A DNA stretch of 64,000 nucleotides from positions 45,450 to 109,449 of IMG/VR virus record IMGVR_UViG_3300028581_000018, one strand, 5' to 3'. The translations under genes were made by a program, and so were the position numbers. This DNA comes from a virus. The notes below the pieces were generated by a model. That model ran no database searches. It saw only the letters and a list, made by a program, of their open reading frames with translations, and was not told the origin of the DNA. Of this stretch, positions 39,758 to 50,250 are shown in pieces (position 1 is the first letter of the stretch; every line of letters starts with the position of its first letter).

Positions 39758-41017
39758 TTAAAATCTTTGAAACATATTTTTGTTTGAACGTTGAATAGTT
39801 CTTTTAGGTTTATTTGTTACTGTGTCTTCATCCCGGTCTACTACTGCTGAACTTCTTCTGCGAGCTTCTTCTGTTTTTAGAGAACGCACTGTTTGCTCAG
39901 TAGCTACACGAGTACCTTGAGATTTGACTTTGTTTTTAAATCCATCAGGATCTGCAAGCAGCCATAAAGCTTCAGCAATCAATTCGTGATTAGGTTCAAC
40001 CCATTGATACTTCTCTAGTAAGTGCCCTAACAAGTTTGTAGGTTTTCCACTTATTGAAGGATACCCAGGTTGTACTAATCCTGTATAAAGCATATTTTGT
40101 GTTTTACGATCAAGTTTTACTCCACTGAGTTCACCTTTTTCTAGAACACCATATACACTATCTACAAATTGTCCTGCAATAGCTTGTTGTTTTTGTTTTT
40201 GCTGCTCTTGCTCTGCAATTTTTTTAGCTACTTCTTTTTCACGAACTGCTTCAAGTTTTGGCTTAAACTGGTTAGCCTTTTGCTCTAAGCGATCCATGTC
40301 TTTAAACGTGGCTATTTCCTCTTCAATTTCATCTTGTGTCATATCTCCTTTAAGAGACAGATACTGACGAACAATTAGTTCTTGATCTGAAGAGTCTGAT
40401 GGGTCTAGCTCCATTACTTCATTAACCTGAGCTAGTTGTTGCATCATACCTTTCACATCTGTACCACCTTTAGAAATGTAATCCATAAGATATTGCATTT
40501 CACCAGGCATAGATTGAAAAATCTGCTGAGGAATATCTTGAGATAACTGCTGCTCTTTTTCTTTCATGTTTGCTTCAAACAACTCACGAAAGTCTTTAGC
40601 AGTGTACTCATCTAAAGATTTATCATCATCAAAAGGAAAAAGAACACCTTCTTCAATCATTTTTGAAGCTAGTTCAACAAGACCACTCTTATCAACTTTT
40701 TTGCGACCCCGAGCACTTGGATCTTCTTGCTGGTTGATTAAAGTTTCAAACTCTTCTAAAGCTTCTTGATTTTTTTCAGAATCTTCTTGCGTTTCTGCAG
40801 CAGGTGTATCAGCTTTTGCAGCAGGGGCTGCAGGTTTTAATTTGTCAAGGAACGAAGTATCTACATTTGTAGACGAAAACATATTAGGTTTTTTTTCATC
40901 ATCATCCTCAGCACCAGGAACCATAATGTTCTCTGCACCAGGAAGAGCGAATAGCTCATCAATATTAACGTCAGCTTGTGAAACCTGTGTCACTTCTTCA
41001 TTTGTATTATTTGCCAT
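39758..41017 (-). CDS. Acidic scaffold-like head assembly protein
   Basis: Acidic coiled-coil protein between the portal and capsid genes. Confidence 0.65.
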   Translation of the reverse strand: MANNTNEEVTQVSQADVNIDELFALPGAENIMVPGAEDDDEKKPNMFSSTNVDTSFLDKLKPAAPAAKADTPAAETQEDSEKNQEALEEFETLINQQEDPSARGRKKVDKSGLVELASKMIEEGVLFPFDDDKSLDEYTAKDFRELFEANMKEKEQQLSQDIPQQIFQSMPGEMQYLMDYISKGGTDVKGMMQQLAQVNEVMELDPSDSSDQELIVRQYLSLKGDMTQDEIEEEIATFKDMDRLEQKANQFKPKLEAVREKEVAKKIAEQEQQKQKQQAIAGQFVDSVYGVLEKGELSGVKLDRKTQNMLYTGLVQPGYPSISGKPTNLLGHLLEKYQWVEPNHELIAEALWLLADPDGFKNKVKSQGTRVATEQTVRSLKTEEARRRSSAVVDRDEDTVTNKPKRTIQRSNKNMFQRF

Positions 41018-41123
41018 TAGTTGTTGGTTTATGGTATTAATATATGCAAATTTATTATATAAACTTTAAAAAGTTACATTGATAAAAAATCAAGAATAAA
41101 ATAAAGTTGATTATATAGCAACT

Positions 41124-43898
41124 CTATTTTTTCTTTTTATCAGATGCCTTTGTCTTTTCTTTTTCTGTAGCTTTTGCATCGTATTGATTTTTGTTTTCTC
41201 TAGCTATTTGAAGCTGAGTATTGTTCTTTTCACGTTCAACTTGTAAACGCTCCCGTTCAATATTTAACTTTTCACCTTCTGTAATTTTACGATTAGTTTC
41301 TTTTTCGCGTTGCAAAGCTGTTTGCTGTTCATACTGTTCAGATTCACGAATGTCACGCATAGCATCTTTATAGTCAGATTGCTGGTTTTTATCAATATCA
41401 ACCATTGACCCATAACCAGCAGCTTTAATTTCAGCAACAAGAATATCGCGTTGACGATCTTTTTGTTTTTCAGCAGCATCAAATTCAAGCTTTCTTTTCT
41501 GTTCTTCCAATCTAGTTTGTTGTTCTTGCTGTGCAAGTTGTTGTTCATGCTGTTGTTGTTCAGCACGTTGAGCATTAGTTTTCTCTTCAATTTTCTTAAG
41601 AGCACCTGAAACATCTGCCATAGACTCAGCTTCAATAATTTGTCCAAGATCATAGATGCTGGCACCAGCTGTATTGTTTTGAACAGCTAACTGTTTTATT
41701 TGATCTAGGATAGCCCTATGATTAGCTTTTGTGGTGCAGTAAACACCAATGTCTCTTAACAACAAATCAGTACCATTCATCTGGAAGTTTACAATCTCAT
41801 CTTTAGTACTAATGTATTGTAAACGAGAAGACGGTTTAGTTGAATAATAATACTGTGCAATGTCAGTGCGCATTTGATGTACTCTAGGCATTAGATAATC
41901 ACAATGCTGTATAAAGTACTGTTCTGTTTGTGCATAAGAGCCAACCACCGCTTGCTCTACAGCAGTAGCAGTTTGTTGACCAATCTGTTGACCTAAACGT
42001 TGTGGGCTTATACCAATAACCTCAAATGCCTGCATTTTAAAGTAATTGGCCAACTGAATCCTAGACATCAACCTTTCTGTTTGAGAAAGATCTAGTTTCT
42101 GGAAGTGGTTAAAGTTTAGCGAGTTTTCAGTATTTGTAATACTTGTATCTAAAGGTAGCATTTGAAAATTCTTCATTGCTACATATGCTTTAGCAAGATT
42201 GTTTCTACCCCAGTCTTCACCAGCTGAATGGCGTGGTAAAGTATTTTGGTCTAATAATATTACCGTACCAAGTTCATCAACTAAAATATCTGCAATCTGG
42301 TTGTTTACAATGTTATAACCAATTTGAAAAGGTTTCATTAAGTCAACCATAGATGTAGATCGCGTATTGCGATCTGAAAATACAGATCCTTCAACAGGTA
42401 GTTTGCAACCATATAAGGTAGTATCACCTTTCATTTGGTAACGCAATCTTCCAGGACGATTCTTTTGTACACCTAGATAAATTGGGTTAATACCACCAGG
42501 ATTATTCATGCCCCAAAAAGATGGGTGATTAGGGCCAATCTTTACACCACCCCAAGTGTCGTTAATCCAAATCCAATCTATGTGCTCACCAAAAATTAAA
42601 TTATCTTTTGCTTTATTCTTAAAAAGTGTAGTATCATAAACAGGTTTATCAGTTACTGTATAATCTTCTCCAATAATAGCTGTTTCTACATTACCTAGTT
42701 CATCTAGTTTAGTCAAGTGTCCAACTCGGCGCTGAGATTTCCAATACACCGTGGTAACACGCAGTAAATGCGCTACTCCAACATCAAAATAATCTTCACC
42801 TTCAGAAAGAATCCAGTTTACAATATCTCCACCATTATTACCTGAGTTATTATAAACAGATGTAAATTGCCGGTATGCTAAACTTGGCATGTTAGTATTC
42901 CACTCATGCGATTTAGTAGCATCGTAGTATGTACCGTCATTTTGATAACCTTGAATAGCATAACCTGCAGAGCGCACAGGGTAAATAGCTTCTAATGATT
43001 TAACTTCATCTTCTGTCATTAAGTAACCATACTTATCAATCACATCAGATACTGACATCATATCTGTTTTGCCAACCCAGTTTCCCTGGGAGATATATCT
43101 TACATCTGGTGATTTATGATAAAAAGTTAGTACAGGATTCCAAAGCTCAACCTCGTAATCATCTTCCATCATGTGAAAATGCCAAAACTCTCTATCTGTA
43201 ATTAGCATGTCACGAAAAGCACGTTCTTCTAATTCTTCAATCTTGAAGCGTTCCATGTCATGTTGCATAAGATGCGTAGCCCACTGTTCACCTTGTGACT
43301 TATAATTTGTTCTAAAGTAGTCTTCAATCTCAGGTAAAGTTTTTAATTTTTCTGGGTTAAGCTCTTGCTGGCCTTCTTCTGATTCTGGATCCATACCCAT
43401 CTCCATCATCTTATTCATAATTTTCATCTGAGCATCTGACATTAGATAGTCTTCTACCATAGACTTCTTTTGTTCAAGAAGTTCATTGTAAGAATACTCA
43501 TCAACAGCTTTAAACGTAATCTTAGTGTTTCTCTTTGCAAATTCTGAAACTAAAACGTTAATTACATTGGGTATAATAGGATAAAACTTTAGCTCTAGTG
43601 CACTATGATCTTCTTGAGTTAGTGTTTCAATTAAATCAGACATCTCATTATTTTCTTCAACAATGTAGTCTGTCTTATCTATAATACCTTTTGCAAGTTT
43701 GTAGTTCTTCATAAGGCGCCGCGCGTTACGGCGCAGTTGCTTTAATCCATTCCACTCTAACCAGTCAACATTCCAAGCCGCCCACTCATCTGATTTATCT
43801 TTATCAGGAATAAACTGCAATGGCTGAGTTACGCTACCTAGCCTATTGTAATCAGCTTTTGCTCCATTCTTAATCTGTAATGCGTTATATATTTGCAT
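41124..43898 (-). CDS. Portal protein
   Basis: FYPIIPNVINVL and SMVDLMKPFQIGYNIVNNQI; Q-rich C-terminal coiled coil; adjacent to TerL. Confidence 0.88.
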   Translation of the reverse strand: MQIYNALQIKNGAKADYNRLGSVTQPLQFIPDKDKSDEWAAWNVDWLEWNGLKQLRRNARRLMKNYKLAKGIIDKTDYIVEENNEMSDLIETLTQEDHSALELKFYPIIPNVINVLVSEFAKRNTKITFKAVDEYSYNELLEQKKSMVEDYLMSDAQMKIMNKMMEMGMDPESEEGQQELNPEKLKTLPEIEDYFRTNYKSQGEQWATHLMQHDMERFKIEELEERAFRDMLITDREFWHFHMMEDDYEVELWNPVLTFYHKSPDVRYISQGNWVGKTDMMSVSDVIDKYGYLMTEDEVKSLEAIYPVRSAGYAIQGYQNDGTYYDATKSHEWNTNMPSLAYRQFTSVYNNSGNNGGDIVNWILSEGEDYFDVGVAHLLRVTTVYWKSQRRVGHLTKLDELGNVETAIIGEDYTVTDKPVYDTTLFKNKAKDNLIFGEHIDWIWINDTWGGVKIGPNHPSFWGMNNPGGINPIYLGVQKNRPGRLRYQMKGDTTLYGCKLPVEGSVFSDRNTRSTSMVDLMKPFQIGYNIVNNQIADILVDELGTVILLDQNTLPRHSAGEDWGRNNLAKAYVAMKNFQMLPLDTSITNTENSLNFNHFQKLDLSQTERLMSRIQLANYFKMQAFEVIGISPQRLGQQIGQQTATAVEQAVVGSYAQTEQYFIQHCDYLMPRVHQMRTDIAQYYYSTKPSSRLQYISTKDEIVNFQMNGTDLLLRDIGVYCTTKANHRAILDQIKQLAVQNNTAGASIYDLGQIIEAESMADVSGALKKIEEKTNAQRAEQQQHEQQLAQQEQQTRLEEQKRKLEFDAAEKQKDRQRDILVAEIKAAGYGSMVDIDKNQQSDYKDAMRDIRESEQYEQQTALQREKETNRKITEGEKLNIERERLQVEREKNNTQLQIARENKNQYDAKATEKEKTKASDKKKK

Positions 43899-43899
43899 C

Positions 43900-46104
43900 T
43901 TATTTCATATTTTTAAATGGGCTTCTCCTCATACCAGCTGGTAATAAAGACTTACCCATGTGTCTAAACGGACTATTATTAAATTTAGTCATTTTATCTG
44001 ATTTTACCAATTTAGAGTCATCAGTAATTGTACGTCTTGCATAACCTCTGTTTGTTTGCTGGATTTTAGCAAATGCAACTAATGCAGAAAATGCAACTAA
44101 TCTGTCAACGTTAAGACGATCATGATAAGCCTGCATTTCACGCAAAAGCATAATATCAGGTATCCGCTCTACACCAAACTTTGTGCTAACTATAGAACCA
44201 TCTTCAGCAATATCTTGATCTAGGATCTCTTGAAGATACTCAATAGCATATGACAATAAATGACTTTTAAATAATGTACCTGTGTTTTTCCAACCATAGT
44301 CTGCATACACGGCCCGGTTTGATGATATCTCCTTTAAAAACAGAATTTGATCTTTGGGTACTAGGTATTTTTGTTTACGTTTTAACATCATGTATTGTAT
44401 AAACAAGCTAACGTTGTTTTCTACTAGTGTCCACGCGTTATAATATTCAATAATATTCTCTAGTCTTTCATGTGTTTGTTTAATATCATCAAAGCGACCA
44501 CACCAAGATGCTACTATTTTGTCACCTTCAATATAACTTGTAATGTTTGAACCCTCAACTTTTGTAACTTCCGTAGGAGCTTTATATACAAAAATCGAAC
44601 AGAGCGAGTCAGACGTAGTAGTCTTTCCCTCTCCCACAGGGTCAATTGATGCATAATACATACCAAAAGGCGGACTTTTAACAGGGCGCTCATAAATGAT
44701 AACAACGCTTTCTTTGTTATTTGAGTTCTTAGCAATAGGAAATTCATTAATAGGTAATTTACGGGTTTCTTTCATTGTAATAATGTCGTGCTCATCGCGT
44801 ACAAGCTCCACAAACTCCATTGGGTATTCTTTATCTTGAATACGTTTGATCTGGGCATTAACCAGATGCTGAGGAAACTTTGATTCTTTTCTATAAGCAA
44901 ACGCTTCTTCAATGTTGCGCGGGTGCTGAGAAATACGCAACTGATACTTATCTGCAGGTAACTCTTTTCTCCATATATTAAACTGTTCGTCTAATGCAGT
45001 TAAAGCTTCTTCTACTTTAGAATTACCAAATGCATCAATGAATGGTGGCATTGACCATTGCTCTGGAATAAATAACCCTGATCTACCAAGAGTACCGTCT
45101 TTGTCAATAAGTGTAGTTTCTACAGAATAAATGTCATTTATATCTGGTTTGAGAATCATCTCTTTTAGTGGCTCACACTGGTCAAGATCACCAACAGAAC
45201 CCGCTGCTATAAACATACCACTAGTAATAAACCCAGATTTCATTGCAGGGCGTATATACTCAAAGGTATCATTCATCTTTGGTGCAATACCTGCTTCTTC
45301 ATGAAAGAAGTATTTACATGGGCCACCAACACCATTTGTAGGATCCTTTTCAAATGACATACCTTGAATAGTACCTTTAAGACCAACCTCGGTTTTACGA
45401 TTACCCTTTTTAACCTCAATCTTTTGCTGCCACATTAATGTTTTATCTGGGCTAAATGGTCTATACCAAGCTGTATGCTCATTTAAAAAAGCAGCATACT
45501 CGTCTAGCATTTTCCAGGTACCTTTCTCATTAATGTAATCTTTAAGACTAGCACCTATTTTTAAGGTGATACCTTCTTCAAACCATATTTGATTTATAAA
45601 TTTAGCGGAGTGAAAATATGAACTAGCTATCTGACGCTTTTTTAATATTGCTGAATGCTTGTAGTGTAACTCAGCTAGTAACTCATATAATGCCATATGA
45701 TACTGAGCATCTCTAATTTTAGCAAAACCAAAGGTGTTTTCTTCTTTATCATAAATAGGTAAGAAGTTTAACCACATATAGTAGTCTCTACATATATACC
45801 ATGTTTTACTACCAGAGATAATTATTGTTCCATTTCTATTCTTGTTTTTTTGATCATCCCAGTATGTAACAAAGTCTTTGCTCTTTGTAGGAGACGCACA
45901 GTAGTAGTTTTGTTTATTGAAGATTGTAGCCTGCTCATTAAATATTGCAGTATCTTCATTAAATTCATACTTCCCGGGCTCCTTAAAAAGAGGTAACAAG
46001 AACTCTTTAAATTCATCCCTGCTACCAAATTCTGTTACTTCCCAGTTGCCATTACGCCAGGTTGGTATTCTCTCATAAAACTTTAAACCACTTCTACTGA
46101 TCAT
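43900..46104 (-). CDS. terL: Terminase large subunit
   Basis: Walker A-like LKKRQIASSY, Walker B FFHEEAG, and nuclease motifs ASIDP and NVDRLVA. Confidence 0.93.
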   Translation of the reverse strand: MISRSGLKFYERIPTWRNGNWEVTEFGSRDEFKEFLLPLFKEPGKYEFNEDTAIFNEQATIFNKQNYYCASPTKSKDFVTYWDDQKNKNRNGTIIISGSKTWYICRDYYMWLNFLPIYDKEENTFGFAKIRDAQYHMALYELLAELHYKHSAILKKRQIASSYFHSAKFINQIWFEEGITLKIGASLKDYINEKGTWKMLDEYAAFLNEHTAWYRPFSPDKTLMWQQKIEVKKGNRKTEVGLKGTIQGMSFEKDPTNGVGGPCKYFFHEEAGIAPKMNDTFEYIRPAMKSGFITSGMFIAAGSVGDLDQCEPLKEMILKPDINDIYSVETTLIDKDGTLGRSGLFIPEQWSMPPFIDAFGNSKVEEALTALDEQFNIWRKELPADKYQLRISQHPRNIEEAFAYRKESKFPQHLVNAQIKRIQDKEYPMEFVELVRDEHDIITMKETRKLPINEFPIAKNSNNKESVVIIYERPVKSPPFGMYYASIDPVGEGKTTTSDSLCSIFVYKAPTEVTKVEGSNITSYIEGDKIVASWCGRFDDIKQTHERLENIIEYYNAWTLVENNVSLFIQYMMLKRKQKYLVPKDQILFLKEISSNRAVYADYGWKNTGTLFKSHLLSYAIEYLQEILDQDIAEDGSIVSTKFGVERIPDIMLLREMQAYHDRLNVDRLVAFSALVAFAKIQQTNRGYARRTITDDSKLVKSDKMTKFNNSPFRHMGKSLLPAGMRRSPFKNMK

Positions 46105-46606
46105 ATGCTAGTGATTGTCCCCCGCGAACTGAAGATTGTTGTTCATCTTTAAGGTCACGAAATGCGCCTTTAAAGCTTTCACGAATCTGTTGATACTTTG
46201 CAGCAGCATTTACAAGAGAGTTAATATTACCATCGCGACCATGCTCGATTGGTGTATTCTCCATATAGTCTGCTAACCGGTCAAGCATTGTTTTTATTCC
46301 CCTGTACGCGCGCGAAGTTGGTGTTTCGTATAGCTTTTTTAAAACGTCAACAGCATTCATAATCATCTCATCCTCAGTTGAAAACTCAGCTTCAAGTTCA
46401 TTAAGAATAAGTTCTTCACGATCAATATCTGGTACATCAAAGAATGGATTAAGGTCAGGATTCATACATGTCATATAAAAGGCATACTGGTAGATCTTAA
46501 GATAGTTTTCTGGATATTCATCCATAATTGCTTTAAGACTACGCATTGTATAACAGTGTTCTGTAGGAACAACTGCACCATTTTGGATATCAAATATTCT
46601 CACCAT
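46094..46606 (-). CDS. Putative terminase small subunit
   Basis: Helical 170-aa ORF overlapping the TerL start. Confidence 0.5.
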   Translation of the reverse strand: MVRIFDIQNGAVVPTEHCYTMRSLKAIMDEYPENYLKIYQYAFYMTCMNPDLNPFFDVPDIDREELILNELEAEFSTEDEMIMNAVDVLKKLYETPTSRAYRGIKTMLDRLADYMENTPIEHGRDGNINSLVNAAAKYQQIRESFKGAFRDLKDEQQSSVRGGQSLAYDQ

Positions 46607-46669
46607 TTTCTCTGTCTTTTATCTTTTTAGTAAAATGCGATGCTCTTACATAGCATTTAAAATAGCCAT

Positions 46670-47476
46670 TTATCCTAGGAATTTAATGATGTCAATGACT
46701 TCTCTCTTTAAATAGGGTACATTGATAACATTTACACGTTTAACAATAAACTCACCACGCTCATCTTTAAGATAAATAGGATAGCCATGGTTATCTGTAC
46801 CAGAGCTTTCAAACTCAATATGGTGGATTTCCATTTTACCTGGTTTATAGCGAGGGTTGTGTTTGTTGATCATGTACATGTACAAACTTAACTGCAGGGC
46901 ATAGTGGTTAAAATTACAATCATCAAGATGACCTAATGGTTTTTGCATTTTTTTACTAACCCCATCCCAAGTTTTAAAACCTTCGCGTTTTATCTCCTTG
47001 TTAGTTTTATAGTCGATGATGTTGATCTTACCATTAATAATCTCAATTCTATCTGCTTGACCGCATATACGTGCTGACTTAAGATATGCAAAATGTTCAG
47101 GGTAAATACCTTCAACAAGATTTTGTTCTGGTGCATGTTTTACACCGTCAAACTCAATAGGTTTTACAATCTGTAGTGCACGACCTTCAATAGTTATTGT
47201 ATCACAAGAGTATAGATCAGTCTCTCTTTGTTGGTGGTAAAAGGTACCCAGCGACATAGCCCGCTCAGACTCTGATTTCCAAATATTTTGAATCTCAGCT
47301 GGTGCCATACCATACCATTTAGATCTTTTATTTACAGAAGACTTCTTGGCTTGTGATACTGCGTCAAATGGTTCTTTGAATTTACTTACTACAGATGTTA
47401 CGCTTGTCCACTTAATATTATCAGAGTCATTCGTCGAGATGTAAGTATGAGTCTCCGGGAGAAATTTTACTGCCAT
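46670..47476 (-). CDS. PD-(D/E)xK nuclease (RecB/Cas4-like)
   Basis: GTFYH...CGQADRIEI...IIDYKT...YALQLSLY; likely start MAVKF at 47476. Confidence 0.85.
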   Translation of the reverse strand: MAVKFLPETHTYISTNDSDNIKWTSVTSVVSKFKEPFDAVSQAKKSSVNKRSKWYGMAPAEIQNIWKSESERAMSLGTFYHQQRETDLYSCDTITIEGRALQIVKPIEFDGVKHAPEQNLVEGIYPEHFAYLKSARICGQADRIEIINGKINIIDYKTNKEIKREGFKTWDGVSKKMQKPLGHLDDCNFNHYALQLSLYMYMINKHNPRYKPGKMEIHHIEFESSGTDNHGYPIYLKDERGEFIVKRVNVINVPYLKREVIDIIKFLG

Positions 47477-47657
47477 GATTAATTGAGTTGTTATTTGGGT
47501 TGATTTTTGAAAATATGTTTTCAACGAAGTCTGGTGGTAAACCAGTAATTTCATTGATAATTCTTTTGCCATAACATGTTGGGCAAATCTCAGTTGTATT
47601 TATTGTTGTTGGGCAGACACCTTTACCCAAACAAACAGGACATTTTTGAAAAGCCAT
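47427..47657 (-). CDS. Small Zn-finger protein
   Basis: CPVCLGKG...CPTCYGK. Confidence 0.6.
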   Translation of the reverse strand: MAFQKCPVCLGKGVCPTTINTTEICPTCYGKRIINEITGLPPDFVENIFSKINPNNNSINHGSKISPGDSYLHLDE

Positions 47658-47980
47658 TAGTATTCTAGATTAAGGTTAGACTTTATTTGATTTTCTGTTT
47701 CTTCATCTGTTAACGCGTCCCAGCGATCATCATCACAGGCGCTAGACAAAGAACGTGTTTTCCATTTAAGATTACAGCCACATAATGAACAACACGGTTG
47801 GGTACCTGGCATTAAACAAGATTTACCCTTTTTGTCAATGTAAGGGCACTTTTTACAAATTGACATGCGCCCATCTGCAATCTGTTCTACACTTTCAGAT
47901 GTAAAAATGGAGTTCTTGATACCCTCAAGAATTTTCTCCTTGTTGTTCCATATTTTGAGAAGATCTATTTTTTTCATCAT
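47657..47980 (-). CDS. Cys-rich Zn-binding protein
   Basis: RMSICKKC...CCSLCGC...C..W. Confidence 0.65.
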   Translation of the reverse strand: MMKKIDLLKIWNNKEKILEGIKNSIFTSESVEQIADGRMSICKKCPYIDKKGKSCLMPGTQPCCSLCGCNLKWKTRSLSSACDDDRWDALTDEETENQIKSNLNLEY

Positions 47981-48323
47981 AAAAGTTTTTCATGCGTTGT
48001 TTATCTTCAACTATATACGCTAAACCGCGTTCCAAGTCTACTAACTCTTCTTCATAAAGTTTTACTAGTTTATAGTCTTGCATCGTATCTTTTTTAGAAA
48101 AGTTTACGATGCGATTGTATTTTTCAATTTTACGTCTAACAACATTTTCGCGCAAATTAAAATCACCAAGACCATCAACTCTAATCTTTTTGTATTTAAG
48201 CTTAATGAGGGCCTGACGTAATTCTTTATAGTAAAAATCAACTATCTTAGTAAGGTCTGCTTCTGACATATTCATGTCTTCAGCAACTTCTGGAATAAAT
48301 AATTTAAACTTATACGGGGTCAT
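47925..48323 (-). CDS. HU/IHF-like DNA-binding protein
   Basis: VAEDMNMSEADLTKIVDFY...IRVDGLGDF. Confidence 0.75.
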   Translation of the reverse strand: MTPYKFKLFIPEVAEDMNMSEADLTKIVDFYYKELRQALIKLKYKKIRVDGLGDFNLRENVVRRKIEKYNRIVNFSKKDTMQDYKLVKLYEEELVDLERGLAYIVEDKQRMKNFYDEKNRSSQNMEQQGENS

Positions 48324-48672
48324 TAGATATCATTTTAATATCCAAAAATACAGGATGCTCAGTAACTATCTTTATATCAGAGTTTACGTAAATAGTCCTA
48401 GACTTCTTACGTTTAAAAACTAGATTTTTAGTTTGCAGCTTTACCACCAGATTTCTTACAGATTGAGGATTTGAGAGAATATCTTGATCAACTATGTGTT
48501 GACAAAAAGGAATTAACTCAAACTCACCCAATACTGCAAGATGTGATAGACATTCAATTTCAGTTTCAGTAATGTTAATACCACTAACTAAACAGTGGTG
48601 CCAGAACTGATACTTGATAATGTCAGCAACACTTAATCTAGTTCTTTTTTGAACTTGATTAACTATTGCCAT
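48310..48672 (-). CDS. Winged-helix DNA-binding protein
   Basis: ITETEIECL...SNPQSVRNLVVKLQTKNLV. Confidence 0.55.
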   Translation of the reverse strand: MAIVNQVQKRTRLSVADIIKYQFWHHCLVSGINITETEIECLSHLAVLGEFELIPFCQHIVDQDILSNPQSVRNLVVKLQTKNLVFKRKKSRTIYVNSDIKIVTEHPVFLDIKMISNDPV

Positions 48673-48673
48673 C

Positions 48674-48934
48674 TTATGCTTTTTTTAGTTTACGAGATGC
48701 AGGATCACCAGCAGAATCTGGATTAGGTTCTTCTTCAGGTTCTGGTGCCATAAACTGAGCAACCTTTACTTGAATCATAAACCTGTTAGCACGCGTTTCT
48801 TCAATCTTAGTAAGCAACTCTTCATACTCAAGTTGCTTCTTTAAGAAAGGAATAGTTTTCTTGTAATGCGCATCTAACTCTTCTCTACGCATTTCAAGTT
48901 GTTCTGGACTTAGGTGTTCTTGTTGGTTTTCCAT
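48674..48934 (-). CDS. Hypothetical coiled-coil protein
   Basis: Likely start MENQQEH at 48934, below a Bacteroidota-type promoter. Confidence 0.6.
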   Translation of the reverse strand: MENQQEHLSPEQLEMRREELDAHYKKTIPFLKKQLEYEELLTKIEETRANRFMIQVKVAQFMAPEPEEEPNPDSAGDPASRKLKKA

Positions 48935-48949
48935 ATTGATAAAGTTTAC

Positions 48950-48983
48950 ACAAATATACAAAAAATATTTAAAGTGTACAAAA
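48950..48983 (-). promoter_or_regulatory. Bacteroidota sigma-A-type promoter
   Basis: Minus strand reads TTTG...TATATTTG (-33/-7 boxes). Confidence 0.65.
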
Positions 48984-49013
48984 AAGAAACCCCGCAGTGA
49001 CCAGCTGCGGGGA
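48981..49013 (-). terminator. Terminator after the lysis genes
   Basis: CCCCGCAG/CTGCGGGG stem with a T-run. Confidence 0.75.
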
Positions 49014-49036
49014 ATCATATAACCAAAAAACACATA

Positions 49037-49459
49037 TTAAGACGCAGCAAATATAACAATTAAAATAACAAGTAGACCACCAATCACACTTCCTATTACA
49101 GTTCTTTTCTTAATTTTTCTTTCTAGCTTGTTAATATTTTTGTCTTTTACAGTAATAATTTCAGTATAAACACTATCCTTATTATATACCAAAGAATCTT
49201 TTGTAATTATAGACCGTTGTAAGTCCTTGTTAATCAGGATTAATTCCTGACAATCTGTGGCAACTCTTTCTAAACTATCTAGCTGAATACTAGCAAAGTC
49301 ATAGTTTACATGAAGTAAATTAAGGTTCTTAACCTGGGCCCGGGAAATAGCTACAACCGTATCACTTTCTAGAACTATAATCCTGGGATATCCAACTTGC
49401 GAAAAACACAAATGAGGCAGAATCGCTAAGATGACTAACATAATTAACTTTTTCATCAC
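49037..49459 (-). CDS. Spanin-like membrane protein
   Basis: Signal peptide, coiled coil and C-terminal TM; overlaps 49362..49721. Confidence 0.5.
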   Translation of the reverse strand: MMKKLIMLVILAILPHLCFSQVGYPRIIVLESDTVVAISRAQVKNLNLLHVNYDFASIQLDSLERVATDCQELILINKDLQRSIITKDSLVYNKDSVYTEIITVKDKNINKLERKIKKRTVIGSVIGGLLVILIVIFAAS

Positions 49460-49721
49460 GCTGTTTTTTAATTTGTTTGACGTTTACCAGTGTAATATTA
49501 ACCTGGTTTGATATTTTATCAGCTTGCACATTTAAAGTTTTAATTTCTGTATTTACTGAATCAATCTTCTTACCAAGAGAATAGAGCTCTAATTCAAGTT
49601 TAGTCGTTGAGTCAAGAGGCTCATCAACAGTAAAGTATTTATCAAGCATGAAAAATATGATCATCCCAATACCAAACAGTGATACGTAGCGCACAATTCT
49701 ATCAAATAATTCTAGGCTCAT
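49362..49721 (-). CDS. i-spanin-like protein
   Basis: N-terminal TM plus coiled coil, downstream of the holin. Confidence 0.55.
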   Translation of the reverse strand: MSLELFDRIVRYVSLFGIGMIIFFMLDKYFTVDEPLDSTTKLELELYSLGKKIDSVNTEIKTLNVQADKISNQVNITLVNVKQIKKQRDEKVNYVSHLSDSASFVFFASWISQDYSSRK

Positions 49722-49744
49722 AAACTACCAATTAGGTATTAAAA

Positions 49745-50209
49745 TTATTCAACATTACGTTGCTCACGAAAATCAACAAGTGTTTTGATTGTTTTTTTAA
49801 TCTTATTCACAAACTCAAATACTCTGTCTGTTATACCTTTTCCCGTAGTCCATTTAACTTTCTCATCAACAGATGTGTACTCTATCCATATTAAAAAGAG
49901 CGCAGTGAATAATGTTGAAAGATAATCTTGCGGAAAATAATGCAGTACAAACTTGTTAAGAATCCATACATCTAAAAGATATATGAATACTAGACCTCCG
50001 CCATAGGTCATCATCTTTAGGGTAAAGCCTTCCCTAGTTTTTTTACTTGTTACTTCTTTACCTTCTCTTTTAGCATACCACCGGCCAACAAAGGTGTCAG
50101 CAACTACCGCAAAAAATACTAGCACTAACAAAGGTGCCAGGGGCATAAAAAATGTAATCAGTGTTGAAATATAGGCTAGTATTGCGCTTTTATATGAAAT
50201 CTTTTCCAT
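49745..50209 (-). CDS. Holin
   Basis: Three TM segments; ADTFVG...IEYTSVDEK resembles phage holin family 4. Confidence 0.75.
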   Translation of the reverse strand: MEKISYKSAILAYISTLITFFMPLAPLLVLVFFAVVADTFVGRWYAKREGKEVTSKKTREGFTLKMMTYGGGLVFIYLLDVWILNKFVLHYFPQDYLSTLFTALFLIWIEYTSVDEKVKWTTGKGITDRVFEFVNKIKKTIKTLVDFREQRNVE

Positions 50210-50250
50210 TGTTTTAACTTACTATATAATATACAATTTTTTTGCGGGTA

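Noticed and set aside
38104-46104. Introns or inteins in TerL, portal or capsid genes
   Set aside because: The ORFs are continuous and of ordinary length, with no intein or intron motifs
46670-47476. Cas4 as part of a CRISPR system
   Set aside because: No Fe-S Cys cluster, cas genes or array; it is a stand-alone phage nuclease
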